Below are positions 15,687-25,649 of a stretch of 41,450 nt of DNA, one piece after another. The notes beneath the pieces were generated by a model. It was not told where the DNA came from and made no database searches. It saw only the letters and a list, made by a program, of their open reading frames with translations. The stretch is from assembly GCA_964411115.1 (NCBI GenBank), contig CAYPJR010000002.1:1-41450 (forward strand). The letters run 5' to 3'. Positions within the stretch are counted from its first letter, which is position 1; each line of letters opens with the position of its first letter. The translations under genes were made by a program, and so were the position numbers. Source of the stretch: an uncultured Candidatus Bathyarchaeia archaeon (lineage in GTDB: Archaea; Thermoproteota; Bathyarchaeia; Bathyarchaeales; DTEX01).

Positions 15687-16562
15687 TTGGACATTAAGAA
15701 GATAGTTGACATAATTTCTGAGGATGTGCCTAGAAGGAAAAGTCCAATTCACCGCATAGTCATCTCCTTCATAATTAGGGATTTAAAGGTTTGGTGGACA
15801 TATAAATTCTGGCTTATACTTGATATCGCAGGAATGATTCTTTTCGTAGTAACATATTACCTGTTCTCTTTGATTACAACATCGCAGCAGATTCAGGAAG
15901 CCGGATACATGGTTGGAGGCTACTTCACCTTCGCCCTAATAGGCATAGCGTTCCAGCAATATGTGCATTTTGCTGTTCAAAGCATAAACGAGAGCATAAG
16001 AGATGAGCAGTGGAACGGAACTATGGAAACAATACTTTCAACGGCGACAGATTTCAAAATATTTCTTCTAGGTGAAGTGTGCTTCTCATTTATAGTTTCA
16101 TCAGCCCTACTATTGATGTCGCTATTTGTCGGTCTAATGCTTGGAGCAAAAGTTTATGCGACGCCAGCTTCAATTTTGTCGGTCATAGTGCTAACCATCC
16201 TTTTAATAGCAAGCCACATGGACATAGGGATTCTAAGCACCGGCGTAATAATGAAGATTAAGCAGGGAAACCCGGTTACATGGGCCTTCTCATGGCTAAG
16301 CCAGCTTGTGTCAGGCGTGTTCTATCCGCTGAAGCTTCTTCCTTGGTATCTCGAGTGGATTGGAAGAATATTCCCATTAACCTACTCGCTGGATGGAATT
16401 AGGCTTTGTCTGCAGTCTGGGAAAGATTTAACCTCGCCGGAAATATTAAACAACGTGATCAATTTACTTATATTTATAGCTATAGCGACTCCAATATCTA
16501 TTTACGTATTTAAGAAGGGATATGATTCTGCGAGAAGAGACGGCTCTCTAGGGCAATACTAA
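15687..16562 (+). CDS. ABC-2 type transporter permease (second of two)
   Basis: 291 aa, about 6 TM segments, paralogous layout to the preceding permease. TTG start downstream of GGAGGT. Confidence 0.75.
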   Translation: MDIKKIVDIISEDVPRRKSPIHRIVISFIIRDLKVWWTYKFWLILDIAGMILFVVTYYLFSLITTSQQIQEAGYMVGGYFTFALIGIAFQQYVHFAVQSINESIRDEQWNGTMETILSTATDFKIFLLGEVCFSFIVSSALLLMSLFVGLMLGAKVYATPASILSVIVLTILLIASHMDIGILSTGVIMKIKQGNPVTWAFSWLSQLVSGVFYPLKLLPWYLEWIGRIFPLTYSLDGIRLCLQSGKDLTSPEILNNVINLLIFIAIATPISIYVFKKGYDSARRDGSLGQY

Positions 16563-16628
16563 ATCAAAGATTCTTAAAGCAATCAATAAATCCATTCTGG
16601 AGCTAATAATATAAGTGGAAGATGAAGC

Positions 16629-18368
16629 ATGAAGCCCCTCGCCCCTCTTATTGATGCCTGCTTGGGAGCGCTGCCATTAGACATCTTAATATCTGGGGAG
16701 ATAGTTGATGTATATCGCGGCGACATCTTTAAGGGTTATGTTGGCGTGAAGGATGGCTTAATAGTCTACGTGGGCTCAAAACCTAAAAGGGCGAGAGAAA
16801 CCATTGATAACCCATCAAGGTATGTTTTACCTGCATATATTGATGGGCATATTCATATCGAAAGTTCATTGATGATCCCCAGCACATTCGCGAAGGCTGT
16901 TATTCCAAGAGGAACATGCTGCGTCGTAGCCGACCCACATGAGATTGCAAATGTGATAGGGTTAGAGGGTATAAAATTCATGATTAAGGATGCTAAAAAA
17001 TCGCCGCTTAAAGTCTATTTCATGATTCCATCATGTGTTCCATCAACAAATTTAGAGACTTCAGGCGCTGAAGTAGGCTTAATGGAGATAAAAAGGCTGA
17101 AGCGTTTTAAACAGGTAATAGGGCTTGGGGAAGTCATGAACTATTGGGGGGTGATAAAGAAGGATAAGAACGTTTTGGAGAAGATAAAGGTCTGCAGCGG
17201 GATGATAATTGATGGACATGCTCCGGGACTTAAAGGTGAGGAATTATGCGCATACACCCTAGCTGGAATACTCTCAGATCATGAAGTGACTAGCATCGAT
17301 GAGGCTGAGGAAAGACTGTCCCTTGGAATGTGGATTATGATCCGAGAAGGTTCAACAGCCAAAAATCTCTCAGAACTGGCTGGAATAATCTCAAAGGGCT
17401 GTCCGGAAAGATCCATGCTTGTAACCGATGATAGGCATGCCGGCGACATATTGCGTGAGGGACACATGGATTATTGTCTCAGAAGAGCTGTTGAAGAGGG
17501 AATAGATCCGGTGGATGCCGTTAAAATGGTTACGCTTAAGCCGGCTGACTACTTCGGGCTTAAGAATTTAGGCGGCTTATCCCCAGGAAAATCTGCGGAT
17601 ATAACGATTGTAAACAATCTTAAAGAGTTTAAAGCAGCAGTTGTTCTGATAAATGGGAAAATTGCCGCTAAAGATGGGCTCTACCTAGAAATCGGCGGCT
17701 CTGCAGCGCCACCTAAACAAGCTTCCTTGAGGAAGACTATTAATATTGGCGCATTTAAGCCTGAGGACTTATGCATAAAATATCTAGGCAAGAGGAAGGG
17801 TAAGGTGAAAGTCAGGGTTATAGGCTTAATTAAGGATCAAATAATCACGGATGAGATTCACTGCGATATGGAGTTAGTTAACGGTGAAGTTAAATCTGAC
17901 ATTGAACGCGACATATTGAAGATTTGCGTTTTAGAGAGGCATAAAGGAACAGGCAGGGTTGGGAAGGGTTTCGTGATGGGATTTGGCCTTAAGGAGGGCG
18001 CCTTTGCATCGACAGTTGCCCATGACTCGCACAACATAATCGCTGTGGGCACAAATAATGAAGACCTCTACAAAGCTATTACAAGGCTCAGCGAGATAAA
18101 TGGAGGTTTGGTCATCGCCAACAGGGGAAGAATACTTGAAGAGCTCCCGCTTCCCATAGCCGGATTAATGACGACTGAAGATGCATCTAAAATATCTAGG
18201 AAAATGGAATCCCTGGAAGAGGAGGCTTCAAAATTAGGCTGTAAAGTTAAAAGCCCATTCTCAGCTCTATCCTTCCTATCTCTTCCAGTAATTCCTAAGC
18301 TAAGAATAACTGATTATGGGCTTGTAGACGCTGAGAGATCTAAAATCGTAGAATTGTTCATTGATTAA
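16629..18368 (+). CDS. ade: adenine deaminase
   Basis: 579 aa amidohydrolase: PAYIDGHIHIESS metal site, VADPHEIANV, and a length typical of Ade. Confidence 0.8.
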   Translation: MKPLAPLIDACLGALPLDILISGEIVDVYRGDIFKGYVGVKDGLIVYVGSKPKRARETIDNPSRYVLPAYIDGHIHIESSLMIPSTFAKAVIPRGTCCVVADPHEIANVIGLEGIKFMIKDAKKSPLKVYFMIPSCVPSTNLETSGAEVGLMEIKRLKRFKQVIGLGEVMNYWGVIKKDKNVLEKIKVCSGMIIDGHAPGLKGEELCAYTLAGILSDHEVTSIDEAEERLSLGMWIMIREGSTAKNLSELAGIISKGCPERSMLVTDDRHAGDILREGHMDYCLRRAVEEGIDPVDAVKMVTLKPADYFGLKNLGGLSPGKSADITIVNNLKEFKAAVVLINGKIAAKDGLYLEIGGSAAPPKQASLRKTINIGAFKPEDLCIKYLGKRKGKVKVRVIGLIKDQIITDEIHCDMELVNGEVKSDIERDILKICVLERHKGTGRVGKGFVMGFGLKEGAFASTVAHDSHNIIAVGTNNEDLYKAITRLSEINGGLVIANRGRILEELPLPIAGLMTTEDASKISRKMESLEEEASKLGCKVKSPFSALSFLSLPVIPKLRITDYGLVDAERSKIVELFID

Positions 18369-18595
18369 GATCTTAATGCATGAGAATGCTAAGCCATAAT
18401 GTCCTAACGTAAATGCAAAGTTGATTAAAATCTATTTATGTTTATCCAGCGTAATCTTATTGATTTTAGCGTTGCCTTAACAACTTGAAGCCTGAAGGTT
18501 CTACGTTATGGGTTGCTGAGAAAATATTAATGAACATGCCTTTCCTAGGTATTTGGATGAATAAAGCATAAATCTATCATTATTATCCATTATTT

Positions 18596-19315
18596 TTGGT
18601 GGTTTTGTTGACCAAGGCTCTTTATTTAGAGGATAGCTATCTTAAAGAATGCGACGCAACGGTTGTTAAAGTCACACAGGGTAGATACGTGGTTCTAGAT
18701 CAAACAATATTCTACCCTAAAGGTGGAGGGCAGCCTCATGATACTGGCAAAATGATACGTGATAATGAGGTTTTCAACGTTATTTACGTTGGAAAGTTTG
18801 ACGGTGAAATATCGCATGAGGTTGATAGGGAAGGTCTGAAAGAAGGCGACAGGGTTCGCTGCATTCTGGACTGGGAGAGAAGATATAAATTTATGCGCAG
18901 CCATACAGCTGCGCATCTATTCGCATCGTTAATATGTAACGAGACAGGCGCGCTTGTTACAGGCAACCAGATCGAGGAGGACAAGATACGCTTCGACTTT
19001 AGTCTAGAAAAGATGGATAGAGAGATGATAGTGGAATATGTAAATAAAGTGAATGAGATATTGAAAAGGGATATCCCAGTTAAATGGTATGAGCTCCCAA
19101 GGGAGGAGGCTCTGAAGATTCCCGGGGTTGTGAAGATGGCTGAGGCATTTCCACCTGATATACCATTTTTACGGATTGTTGAGATAGTTGGTATTGATAA
19201 GCAGGCTGATGGCGGAACGCATGTTAGAAATCTTAGAGAAGTTGGGCAAATAAGGCTTTTAAAAGTTGAGAGTAAGGGTAGGCTCAATAAGCGAGTGTAC
19301 TTCACGCTGGAATAA
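18596..19315 (+). CDS. alaX: AlaX-M type alanyl-tRNA editing protein (Ser/Gly-tRNA(Ala) deacylase)
   Basis: 239 aa. N-terminal beta-barrel (FYPKGGGQPHD), HTAAH zinc motif and GGTHV motif. The start is ambiguous among TTG/GTG codons at 18596-18610. Confidence 0.8.
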   Translation: MVVLLTKALYLEDSYLKECDATVVKVTQGRYVVLDQTIFYPKGGGQPHDTGKMIRDNEVFNVIYVGKFDGEISHEVDREGLKEGDRVRCILDWERRYKFMRSHTAAHLFASLICNETGALVTGNQIEEDKIRFDFSLEKMDREMIVEYVNKVNEILKRDIPVKWYELPREEALKIPGVVKMAEAFPPDIPFLRIVEIVGIDKQADGGTHVRNLREVGQIRLLKVESKGRLNKRVYFTLE

Positions 19316-19344
19316 TTCGTTCGTTCCACGTAAAAGGTGTCTAT

Positions 19345-19917
19345 TTGCGTCTTCATGTGCATAAAAAGGCTTTTAGAGCGTTAGGGATATCGGAGAGCTT
19401 CGTTAAGGGTTTAGGTGGGAAGTCTATTCTAGCCGGGGTTGTTGCTAGAAGCGATGGAATAATTGACGGTTTTATTTTCTCTAGGGCAACAGTCGGCGGG
19501 ATGGATGCAACTGAAAAAATAATTGAAATGTGTAGGGCATTGAAAAGACGCGACATAAATGTCCTTATGCTGAACGGTTGCGTCATAAGCTGGTATAACG
19601 TGATTGATTTAGACGGAGTCTACAAAGAACTGTCCCTTCCATTAGTATGCGTAACATATGAAGAGTCGAAGGGGCTGGAGAAATATTTCCTAGAACTGTT
19701 CCCGCAGGACTGCAATAAACGCATAGAAATCTACCGTAGAAACGGTCCTAGAACGCCTATAACTCTCCGCACAGGGCATAAGGTCTACGTGAGATTTTTA
19801 GGCATGAATCTAGATGAGGCTAAAGGAATATTAAACAAGTTTACATTACATGGCGCCGTGCCGGAGCCTCTGAGGGTTGCCCGCATCCTAGCGAGGTCGA
19901 TTTTGAAGACGCTTTAA
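19345..19917 (+). CDS. UPF0215/DUF99 family protein
   Basis: 190 aa. RALGISESF, VGGMDAT, LMLNGCVISWYNVIDL and the family-typical C-terminal PEPLRVARILA. Confidence 0.7.
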   Translation: MRLHVHKKAFRALGISESFVKGLGGKSILAGVVARSDGIIDGFIFSRATVGGMDATEKIIEMCRALKRRDINVLMLNGCVISWYNVIDLDGVYKELSLPLVCVTYEESKGLEKYFLELFPQDCNKRIEIYRRNGPRTPITLRTGHKVYVRFLGMNLDEAKGILNKFTLHGAVPEPLRVARILARSILKTL

Positions 19918-19942
19918 TAATGCTTCTTACGCATATAAAAGG

Positions 19943-20215
19943 CTAGCCTACAATTCGAACTAGGCTTCCCAACGCTTGTCCAGGCAAACCTCTTCTGAAG
20001 CGTGCTCTAACAATTCCCTTGTTCCCATGGGGGGAAAGAATTACGCCTACAATAGTATTGCCCTTCCCATCGGACCATGCGATTTTACGCCCAATAAGTT
20101 TACTTGCCTCAGACCTCGACTTAATGTTTGGAAATTGTATCAGACACTCTCTAGATCTCTGAGTTCTAGGTCCTCTCCTGTAATTTATAACCACTCCCTT
20201 AAGATCCATCGACAT
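19943..20215 (-). CDS. rpl35ae: 50S ribosomal protein L35Ae (eL33)
   Basis: 90 aa. VINYRRG...RTQ...ECLIQF, GRKIAW and GIVRARFRRGLPGQALG are typical of L35Ae. Confidence 0.9.
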   Translation of the reverse strand: MSMDLKGVVINYRRGPRTQRSRECLIQFPNIKSRSEASKLIGRKIAWSDGKGNTIVGVILSPHGNKGIVRARFRRGLPGQALGSLVRIVG

Positions 20216-20286
20216 TTAGACAGCACCTCGAGGCATGTTAAAATAGTAAACGCTGGAAGCTCCCTATTTATTTTTCTTCAAAATGC

Positions 20287-22530
20287 TCATTTTTTGTCAT
20301 AATAGTTCATGAGGGGCTGCTGCTCAGACTTCTTAAGTTTAGAGATTTCTTTCCATTCATTAATATCTACTAGACCGCCAACCTGCTCCTTAATGCTTTT
20401 AGCCATTTTAGGACCTATAAGCGGAAGCTCCATCAGCCTATTTACCGGCGCCCTTTTCAAGTCTTCAATTGTTCTTAGCCCAGCATTATAAAGTATGCGC
20501 GCTCTAACCCTTCCAATCCCCTCCAGCCTTGCTATTGGCAGGAGCTCCGCTTTAACCCCCTTTTCAACCCTCGCCATAAGCTCAGCGAGCTTAGGCAGGA
20601 AATCTTTATGCCCAAATAATTTCGCTAGCTCATATGATGCATAAAGAAGCCACTTAGCTGTCTCCGTTAAGTGGTATAGGTCTCCGGGTTCAACCCCAAA
20701 CATCTCGATTATTTCATCCTCAGAGCGCTCTTCTATCCAAGCGCTCAATACGAGCGCTGTCTTAACTTCGCTTAGAAACTCCTCATAATCTATCCTATCG
20801 ACCCACTCATCAGGCGGATTTATAAGAAATTCATCGCGATGCTCATCAATAAACAGTGATAACCCGCTGATTTCGCTGGAGAAGGGCCTAACCTTCGGAT
20901 CCATATCCGGCGTATGGCAAATCATATGAAGGAAACTTATGTTTGTAAGCCTCGGCTTCTCAGCCTTAAACGCATCTCGAATTATTATCGCTGAAACCGG
21001 ATCAATATATAATTGTGAAACTCTCAAGCCGAAGCTTGTAGCCTTAAAGTATTCTCCCTCATATTTTATCATTCCCTCTTCATGAAGAAACCTCAATATT
21101 TTCGCTATCGTGCTCTTTATTGCCCTAATATCATATTGGAGAGCAAACAATGTTTTGCCGAAGAAATCATACACGCCCTGCTCTGAAAAAGCAAACTCTG
21201 AGGCTATTGTTGCAAGAACATGTCCTCTAAGAACCTTCTCAACGCCAAGCTTAGACCATATTCTTTCCGGCTTAGCGAGAACGAAGCTGCTCATTAAGTA
21301 GTCTCTTTCTTCATCAGTTTTTGCAATCAGTATTGATTCGCCGCTATCATCATATTTCGGGCGTCCAGCTCTACCAACCATCTGCTTATACTCAAGAACC
21401 GTAATTGGGTAATAGCCATATCCAGGTTCATAGCGTCTGTAATCGCTTATGATAACAATCCTAGCGGGCAAGTTTACGCCGAATGCTAGGGTCGGGGTGG
21501 CTGTGAGAATCTTAATTTTTCCATCGCGGAACGCATCCTCAATTATCTTTCGATGAATGCCTGAAAGCCCAGCGTGATGAAAAGCAACGCCGTTTCTCAC
21601 CAGTTCGGATAAGAACTCGCTTATCCTTGTTCTTTCACCCGATGATTGTATCTCCTCAGCGATGCTGCTAAGCGAACGCTTTAAAGATTTACTCAGTAAA
21701 TCGCTTATCTCCTGAGATGCCTTCTTAGCCAATCTAACAGCGTTCTTTCTTGAGGAGGCGAAGATTAAAACTTGCCCGCCCTGTTTAACACCGTGTAAAG
21801 CAAGATTTATCGCTGGATCCTTAACCACACTGTTTATTTTAATTGAACCTCCATCCTTAAATTGAACCTCATCGTTAAGGAGCACGCCCTCCCGGAGCTT
21901 AACAGGCCGCCACTCGGTTGTTATAGCAGCGGCTTTAAGCCACTCAGCGATCTCATCGGAATTTCTAACAGTTGCGCTCAATGCCAATATTTGGGCATCC
22001 GGGTTAACTTGCGCTAACCGTGCGAGAACAACCTCCAACGTTGGTCCCCTCTCAACATCATTAAGTAGATGAACCTCATCAGCAACAATAAGCGAGATTT
22101 CACCTATCCAGGGAGCCCTATGTCTCAATAATGAATCGCATTTCTCATTGGTTGTAATTATTATGTCGAACCTGCCGAGCCATGGGTCGCTGCTGTCAAA
22201 GTCGCCGGTGCTTATGCCAACGCTAATTTTTCTGCCATTAGGCTTCTTAATAACGGTGTATTTTCTAAACTCCTCATATTTCTCGTTTGCCAGCGCTCTC
22301 AATGGTGTTAGATAAAGAACTTTGCCATCCCTTTCCAAAATATGCTTAAGCGCGCATAATTCAGCCACTAGGGTTTTACCTGAGGCTGTTGGGCTTGCTA
22401 AAAGAAGATTTTTGCCCTCAAGGGCGCCGGATTTTATGGCTTCCTCCTGCGGCGGGAACAGTACTTTTATGTCGGATTCTAATAGGACTCTTTTTGCCTC
22501 CGGATGTATAGCCAATTCTTCGATGAGCAA
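20287..22530 (-). CDS. hel308: Hel308/Hjm Ski2-like ATP-dependent DNA helicase
   Basis: 747 aa. Q-motif/Walker A ASPTASGKT, DEVH box, SAT, RAGRP motif VI and a C-terminal HhH (GIGRVRARILYNAGL). Confidence 0.9.
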   Translation of the reverse strand: MLIEELAIHPEAKRVLLESDIKVLFPPQEEAIKSGALEGKNLLLASPTASGKTLVAELCALKHILERDGKVLYLTPLRALANEKYEEFRKYTVIKKPNGRKISVGISTGDFDSSDPWLGRFDIIITTNEKCDSLLRHRAPWIGEISLIVADEVHLLNDVERGPTLEVVLARLAQVNPDAQILALSATVRNSDEIAEWLKAAAITTEWRPVKLREGVLLNDEVQFKDGGSIKINSVVKDPAINLALHGVKQGGQVLIFASSRKNAVRLAKKASQEISDLLSKSLKRSLSSIAEEIQSSGERTRISEFLSELVRNGVAFHHAGLSGIHRKIIEDAFRDGKIKILTATPTLAFGVNLPARIVIISDYRRYEPGYGYYPITVLEYKQMVGRAGRPKYDDSGESILIAKTDEERDYLMSSFVLAKPERIWSKLGVEKVLRGHVLATIASEFAFSEQGVYDFFGKTLFALQYDIRAIKSTIAKILRFLHEEGMIKYEGEYFKATSFGLRVSQLYIDPVSAIIIRDAFKAEKPRLTNISFLHMICHTPDMDPKVRPFSSEISGLSLFIDEHRDEFLINPPDEWVDRIDYEEFLSEVKTALVLSAWIEERSEDEIIEMFGVEPGDLYHLTETAKWLLYASYELAKLFGHKDFLPKLAELMARVEKGVKAELLPIARLEGIGRVRARILYNAGLRTIEDLKRAPVNRLMELPLIGPKMAKSIKEQVGGLVDINEWKEISKLKKSEQQPLMNYYDKK

Positions 22531-22546
22531 GTCTTTAAACCCTTTT

Positions 22547-24589
22547 TCATGTCTTCTTTAGATAACCGCTTCTTGGCTCATAAAGGGTCCCTTCACGTAT
22601 CATTTGCGCTATCAACTTTTCGGCTTCGCTCTTTGATATATCATATTCACTGCTAAGTTTTTCCAAGAGATCAGCCCTGTTAACCATCCCAGATTCTCTT
22701 TCCATCTCAATTAAAGTGTTTAATATAGCCCTTAGCTTGTCCTGCATACTCTTAGGTTTCCCAACCATTATTATGTCTATGTCAAATTTGCGGGATGAAA
22801 CATCTATACCGACCTCCTCAAGAGACCTCTTGGTTATCGCTATAGCTGCCTCAGCATCTTCAACTAAAACAAAATTTCTAAGTGCAGCGCGCGCCCTAGC
22901 CTCAGATATTCTGACCAGAGACTCAAGCTGGCGAGCTGTGATGGCGATCGGTGAGCCTTCGCCTTCGCTCGCTGATCTCATAGCTAAATAGAATTCCTTC
23001 AGCCGGTTCATCGCTTCCGCCGTAAGAACCGGTCTAATATTATTTCTCGCATATGCTATGTATTTCCTCAGCAGGTCAGGTGGGATCGGTGGCTCTGCAG
23101 GCGGGGCTTCCTTCATATGTAACCTTAGTAAGTGTTCACTCATTTGGGCATCATAATCTTTCTCCGGAACATCTCTTAAAACAAAGATTAAATCAAACCT
23201 TGAAAGAATCGTCACTGGCAAAGATATGTTCTCCGCAACGGTTCTGTAGGGATCGTATCTGCCTAGCGCCGGATTTGCTGCAGCCAATATTGCTGTTCTA
23301 GCGTTCAATGTTGCCACAATTCCACCTTTAGCCACAGAGATCGTGTGCTGCTCCATTGCTTCATGTATAGCAACTCTATCTTCAGGTCTCATCTTATCAA
23401 TCTCATCTATGCACGCTATACCCTTATCGGCTAAAACAAGCGCTCCGGCCTCAAGGGTCATTCCGCCAGCTGGGGATGGTAAAACAGCGGCTGTTAAGCC
23501 GGCTGCAGTTGTCCCCCTACCACTTGTGTAGAGTCCTCTAGGCGCTATTCTTTGAACGTAACGCAGCAGCTGGGATTTAGCGGTTCCAGGATCCCCTATT
23601 AAAAGTATGTTTATCTCGCCTCTTATATTTATGTCTGGAAGATATTTGGGGACTCCCCCGAACAAAAGGTACATTATGGCTTCCTTAATATGCTCATATC
23701 CATATATCGACGGAGCTATTGACTGAATGATCCTCCGGTGTATAAGCGGATCCTTAGCCATTTTTAAAATCTGCTCCTCCTCCTCGGGCGAAATATAAAG
23801 GGATTCGGCTTCCTTACCGGCCGCATCAATAAAGTTGGCGTCAATATATAATGTGAAAGCCCTAGCCCTGCCGGTTCTAGGATAAGATGTGGATTCAGCA
23901 CCCACTACGCCAACGACGTAAACGCGGTCTCCCGGCCTGGCGGAATCAACAATGTCCTTTCCAAGCAACCTGATGTCCAGAGAGCGAGGGGTTTGCCCGG
24001 GCGGAATATCCTCCGGATACTCCTGTATCCGGAGTTCCTGATAATCCATGAACCTAGATTCTTCCTGGATAAACTCGAATGGTCCGCCTTTGCCGCAGCG
24101 TGGGTTTGCGCACTTAAATGGCAGCGCTAAGAAAGCTCCGCTTTGAGGGACTTCCATCTTCGTTTCGCATCTCTTACATCTGAAGACCGCTGTTGTAACT
24201 ATGGGCCTAACGTTTGTTGCACGCATTATTATTCCCTCAATCATGACGAGTTTGCCAATATGCTCCGATCCCAGTTTACGCAATGGTGTTACGCGCGGTA
24301 CTCCGCGAACACGCACGACGACGCCTAATTCTTTAATCTTCTCCGCATATTCCGGATCTTCAATCTGCAGCTGCTCAAAAGCAGCGCTGTTAGCATAGCT
24401 GAGAAACTCATAGGGCTTTTCAAGAAGCCCATCCGCCAGGTTTCGATCAACCATTAAAACATCTTCAAAATCTAGAATGAGTGATGTAGAGGCATTTAAA
24501 GCCATTTGCGCGATCCTATTACGATATTTAGTCGACTTAAATATTGTATGGAATTTTTCAATAGGCTTCTCAACTAAAATTTCAGTCAT
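22547..24589 (-). CDS. mcm: MCM replicative helicase
   Basis: 680 aa. Zn motif CKRC...CANPRC, Walker A GDPGTAKS, Walker B CIDEIDKM, arginine finger SRFDL and a C-terminal wHTH. The length leaves no room for an intein. Confidence 0.95.
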   Translation of the reverse strand: MTEILVEKPIEKFHTIFKSTKYRNRIAQMALNASTSLILDFEDVLMVDRNLADGLLEKPYEFLSYANSAAFEQLQIEDPEYAEKIKELGVVVRVRGVPRVTPLRKLGSEHIGKLVMIEGIIMRATNVRPIVTTAVFRCKRCETKMEVPQSGAFLALPFKCANPRCGKGGPFEFIQEESRFMDYQELRIQEYPEDIPPGQTPRSLDIRLLGKDIVDSARPGDRVYVVGVVGAESTSYPRTGRARAFTLYIDANFIDAAGKEAESLYISPEEEEQILKMAKDPLIHRRIIQSIAPSIYGYEHIKEAIMYLLFGGVPKYLPDINIRGEINILLIGDPGTAKSQLLRYVQRIAPRGLYTSGRGTTAAGLTAAVLPSPAGGMTLEAGALVLADKGIACIDEIDKMRPEDRVAIHEAMEQHTISVAKGGIVATLNARTAILAAANPALGRYDPYRTVAENISLPVTILSRFDLIFVLRDVPEKDYDAQMSEHLLRLHMKEAPPAEPPIPPDLLRKYIAYARNNIRPVLTAEAMNRLKEFYLAMRSASEGEGSPIAITARQLESLVRISEARARAALRNFVLVEDAEAAIAITKRSLEEVGIDVSSRKFDIDIIMVGKPKSMQDKLRAILNTLIEMERESGMVNRADLLEKLSSEYDISKSEAEKLIAQMIREGTLYEPRSGYLKKT

Positions 24590-24603
24590 AATTTAATCAC
24601 CGC

Positions 24604-25158
24604 CTATGCTCTAAATATTTTTGACCTCCACTCGTTAACTATTTGACGTATCCGCTCGTAGAGATCCCGCTCCTCAATAGTTAGATTTTTCGAGGTCTGA
24701 CTCTCCTGAGCCGATGAGGAAGCTAAAGAAATTATCTTTTTAAGTCGGCAATTAACCACGTCTAATGAAAGATTCTGAACATACTCATATTCCCTCATTT
24801 TTTCAGGGCTGGTTTTTGAGGCAGCCCTTAAATCTTCAATCATGCGACGTAGTTTTGGATAAAAATCCTCCGGTAGGGAGGAGAGCTGGCTGACGGCTTG
24901 GATGCGTTCAGTCCACTGAATTTTATAAAGTTTTGTTGCATCAAGAGCTCCCTCCTTGATCCTCACTATGCCCTCCCTCTCAAGTTCCTGCGCTATCCAT
25001 AACCTAATCTCGTATTCCTTTCCCTCCTCAAATGGACCAACGGATAACCCGATCAGCTCTATTTTCGGATGATTTACAATAGCCACCGCGCCAACAAAAC
25101 TATTCTCAAATATGAAATCTGAATGCTCTATAAGCGATCTTAAGCCGCTTTCGCCCAT
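24604..25158 (-). CDS. GINS subunit, Gins23-like (beta-domain first, helical domain second)
   Basis: About 184 aa immediately upstream of mcm. An N-terminal beta-rich segment (GPFEEGKEYEIRLWIAQELEREG) is followed by a helical region. The gins23-mcm adjacency is known from Sulfolobus. Confidence 0.6.
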   Translation of the reverse strand: MGESGLRSLIEHSDFIFENSFVGAVAIVNHPKIELIGLSVGPFEEGKEYEIRLWIAQELEREGIVRIKEGALDATKLYKIQWTERIQAVSQLSSLPEDFYPKLRRMIEDLRAASKTSPEKMREYEYVQNLSLDVVNCRLKKIISLASSSAQESQTSKNLTIEERDLYERIRQIVNEWRSKIFRA

Positions 25159-25313
25159 CAACTCTAAACCTCAACCTATGAACATCCTATATTAACGTAA
25201 GGCCGATATAAAAACATGATAGACATGTTTCTGATCTTTTCTAGGATCGGATGCCCATCACGCTAAATAGGAAAGTTTAAATTTTCTTAAGCGCTCATCG
25301 ATTTTAGAGAGAA

Positions 25314-25610
25314 ATGAAGGTGAAAGTTGTTTATCTCGGGATGATTAGACAAAAAATTGGATGGAAAGAGGAGGAATACGACTTAGCGGAAGGCTCTTTA
25401 CTCACGGATCTGCTGAGCAAAATAGTTGAGAAACACGATGTACTGAAGAACATAATTAGGGTAGAAGATGAAAATCCTACGGATCCAACTCTCGTAATAA
25501 TGCATAATGGATTATCTGTAAATCCAACTGGCAGAAACGAGATTGTTCTTAAAAATGGAGACATAGTAACTTTAATGACGCCTATAGGCGGCGGCATCTT
25601 ACAGCCCTAA
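25314..25610 (+). CDS. MoaD/ThiS-family ubiquitin-like beta-grasp protein with a 4-residue extension after the GG motif
   Basis: 98 aa. LKNGDIVTLMTPIGGG-ILQP matches the MoaD/SAMP C-terminal pattern (KDGDEV...PPVSGG) but does not end at GG. Confidence 0.7.
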   Translation: MKVKVVYLGMIRQKIGWKEEEYDLAEGSLLTDLLSKIVEKHDVLKNIIRVEDENPTDPTLVIMHNGLSVNPTGRNEIVLKNGDIVTLMTPIGGGILQP

Positions 25611-25649
25611 ATTTAATTCATGTGGAAACCAGCATCCGCTGGGAAAACT

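Noticed and set aside
15461-16261. Alternative-frame ORFs inside the two ABC-2 permease genes (15461-15649 and 16079-16261).
   Set aside because: They are short, same-strand, out-of-frame ORFs nested in membrane-protein genes, with no independent signals.
18369-18595. The 227-nt intergenic region before alaX, checked for a C/D-box sRNA or other ncRNA.
   Set aside because: No RUGAUGA/CUGA box pairs with proper spacing on either strand and no obvious stable structure. It is probably just a promoter region.
20287-24589. Inteins in MCM or Hel308 (and in aIF5B at 39445-41235), which are common intein hosts in archaea.
   Set aside because: Protein lengths (680, 747 and about 596 aa) are normal for intein-free versions. 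Walker A/B and the other motifs are contiguous, with no inserted Cys/Ser...HN blocks.
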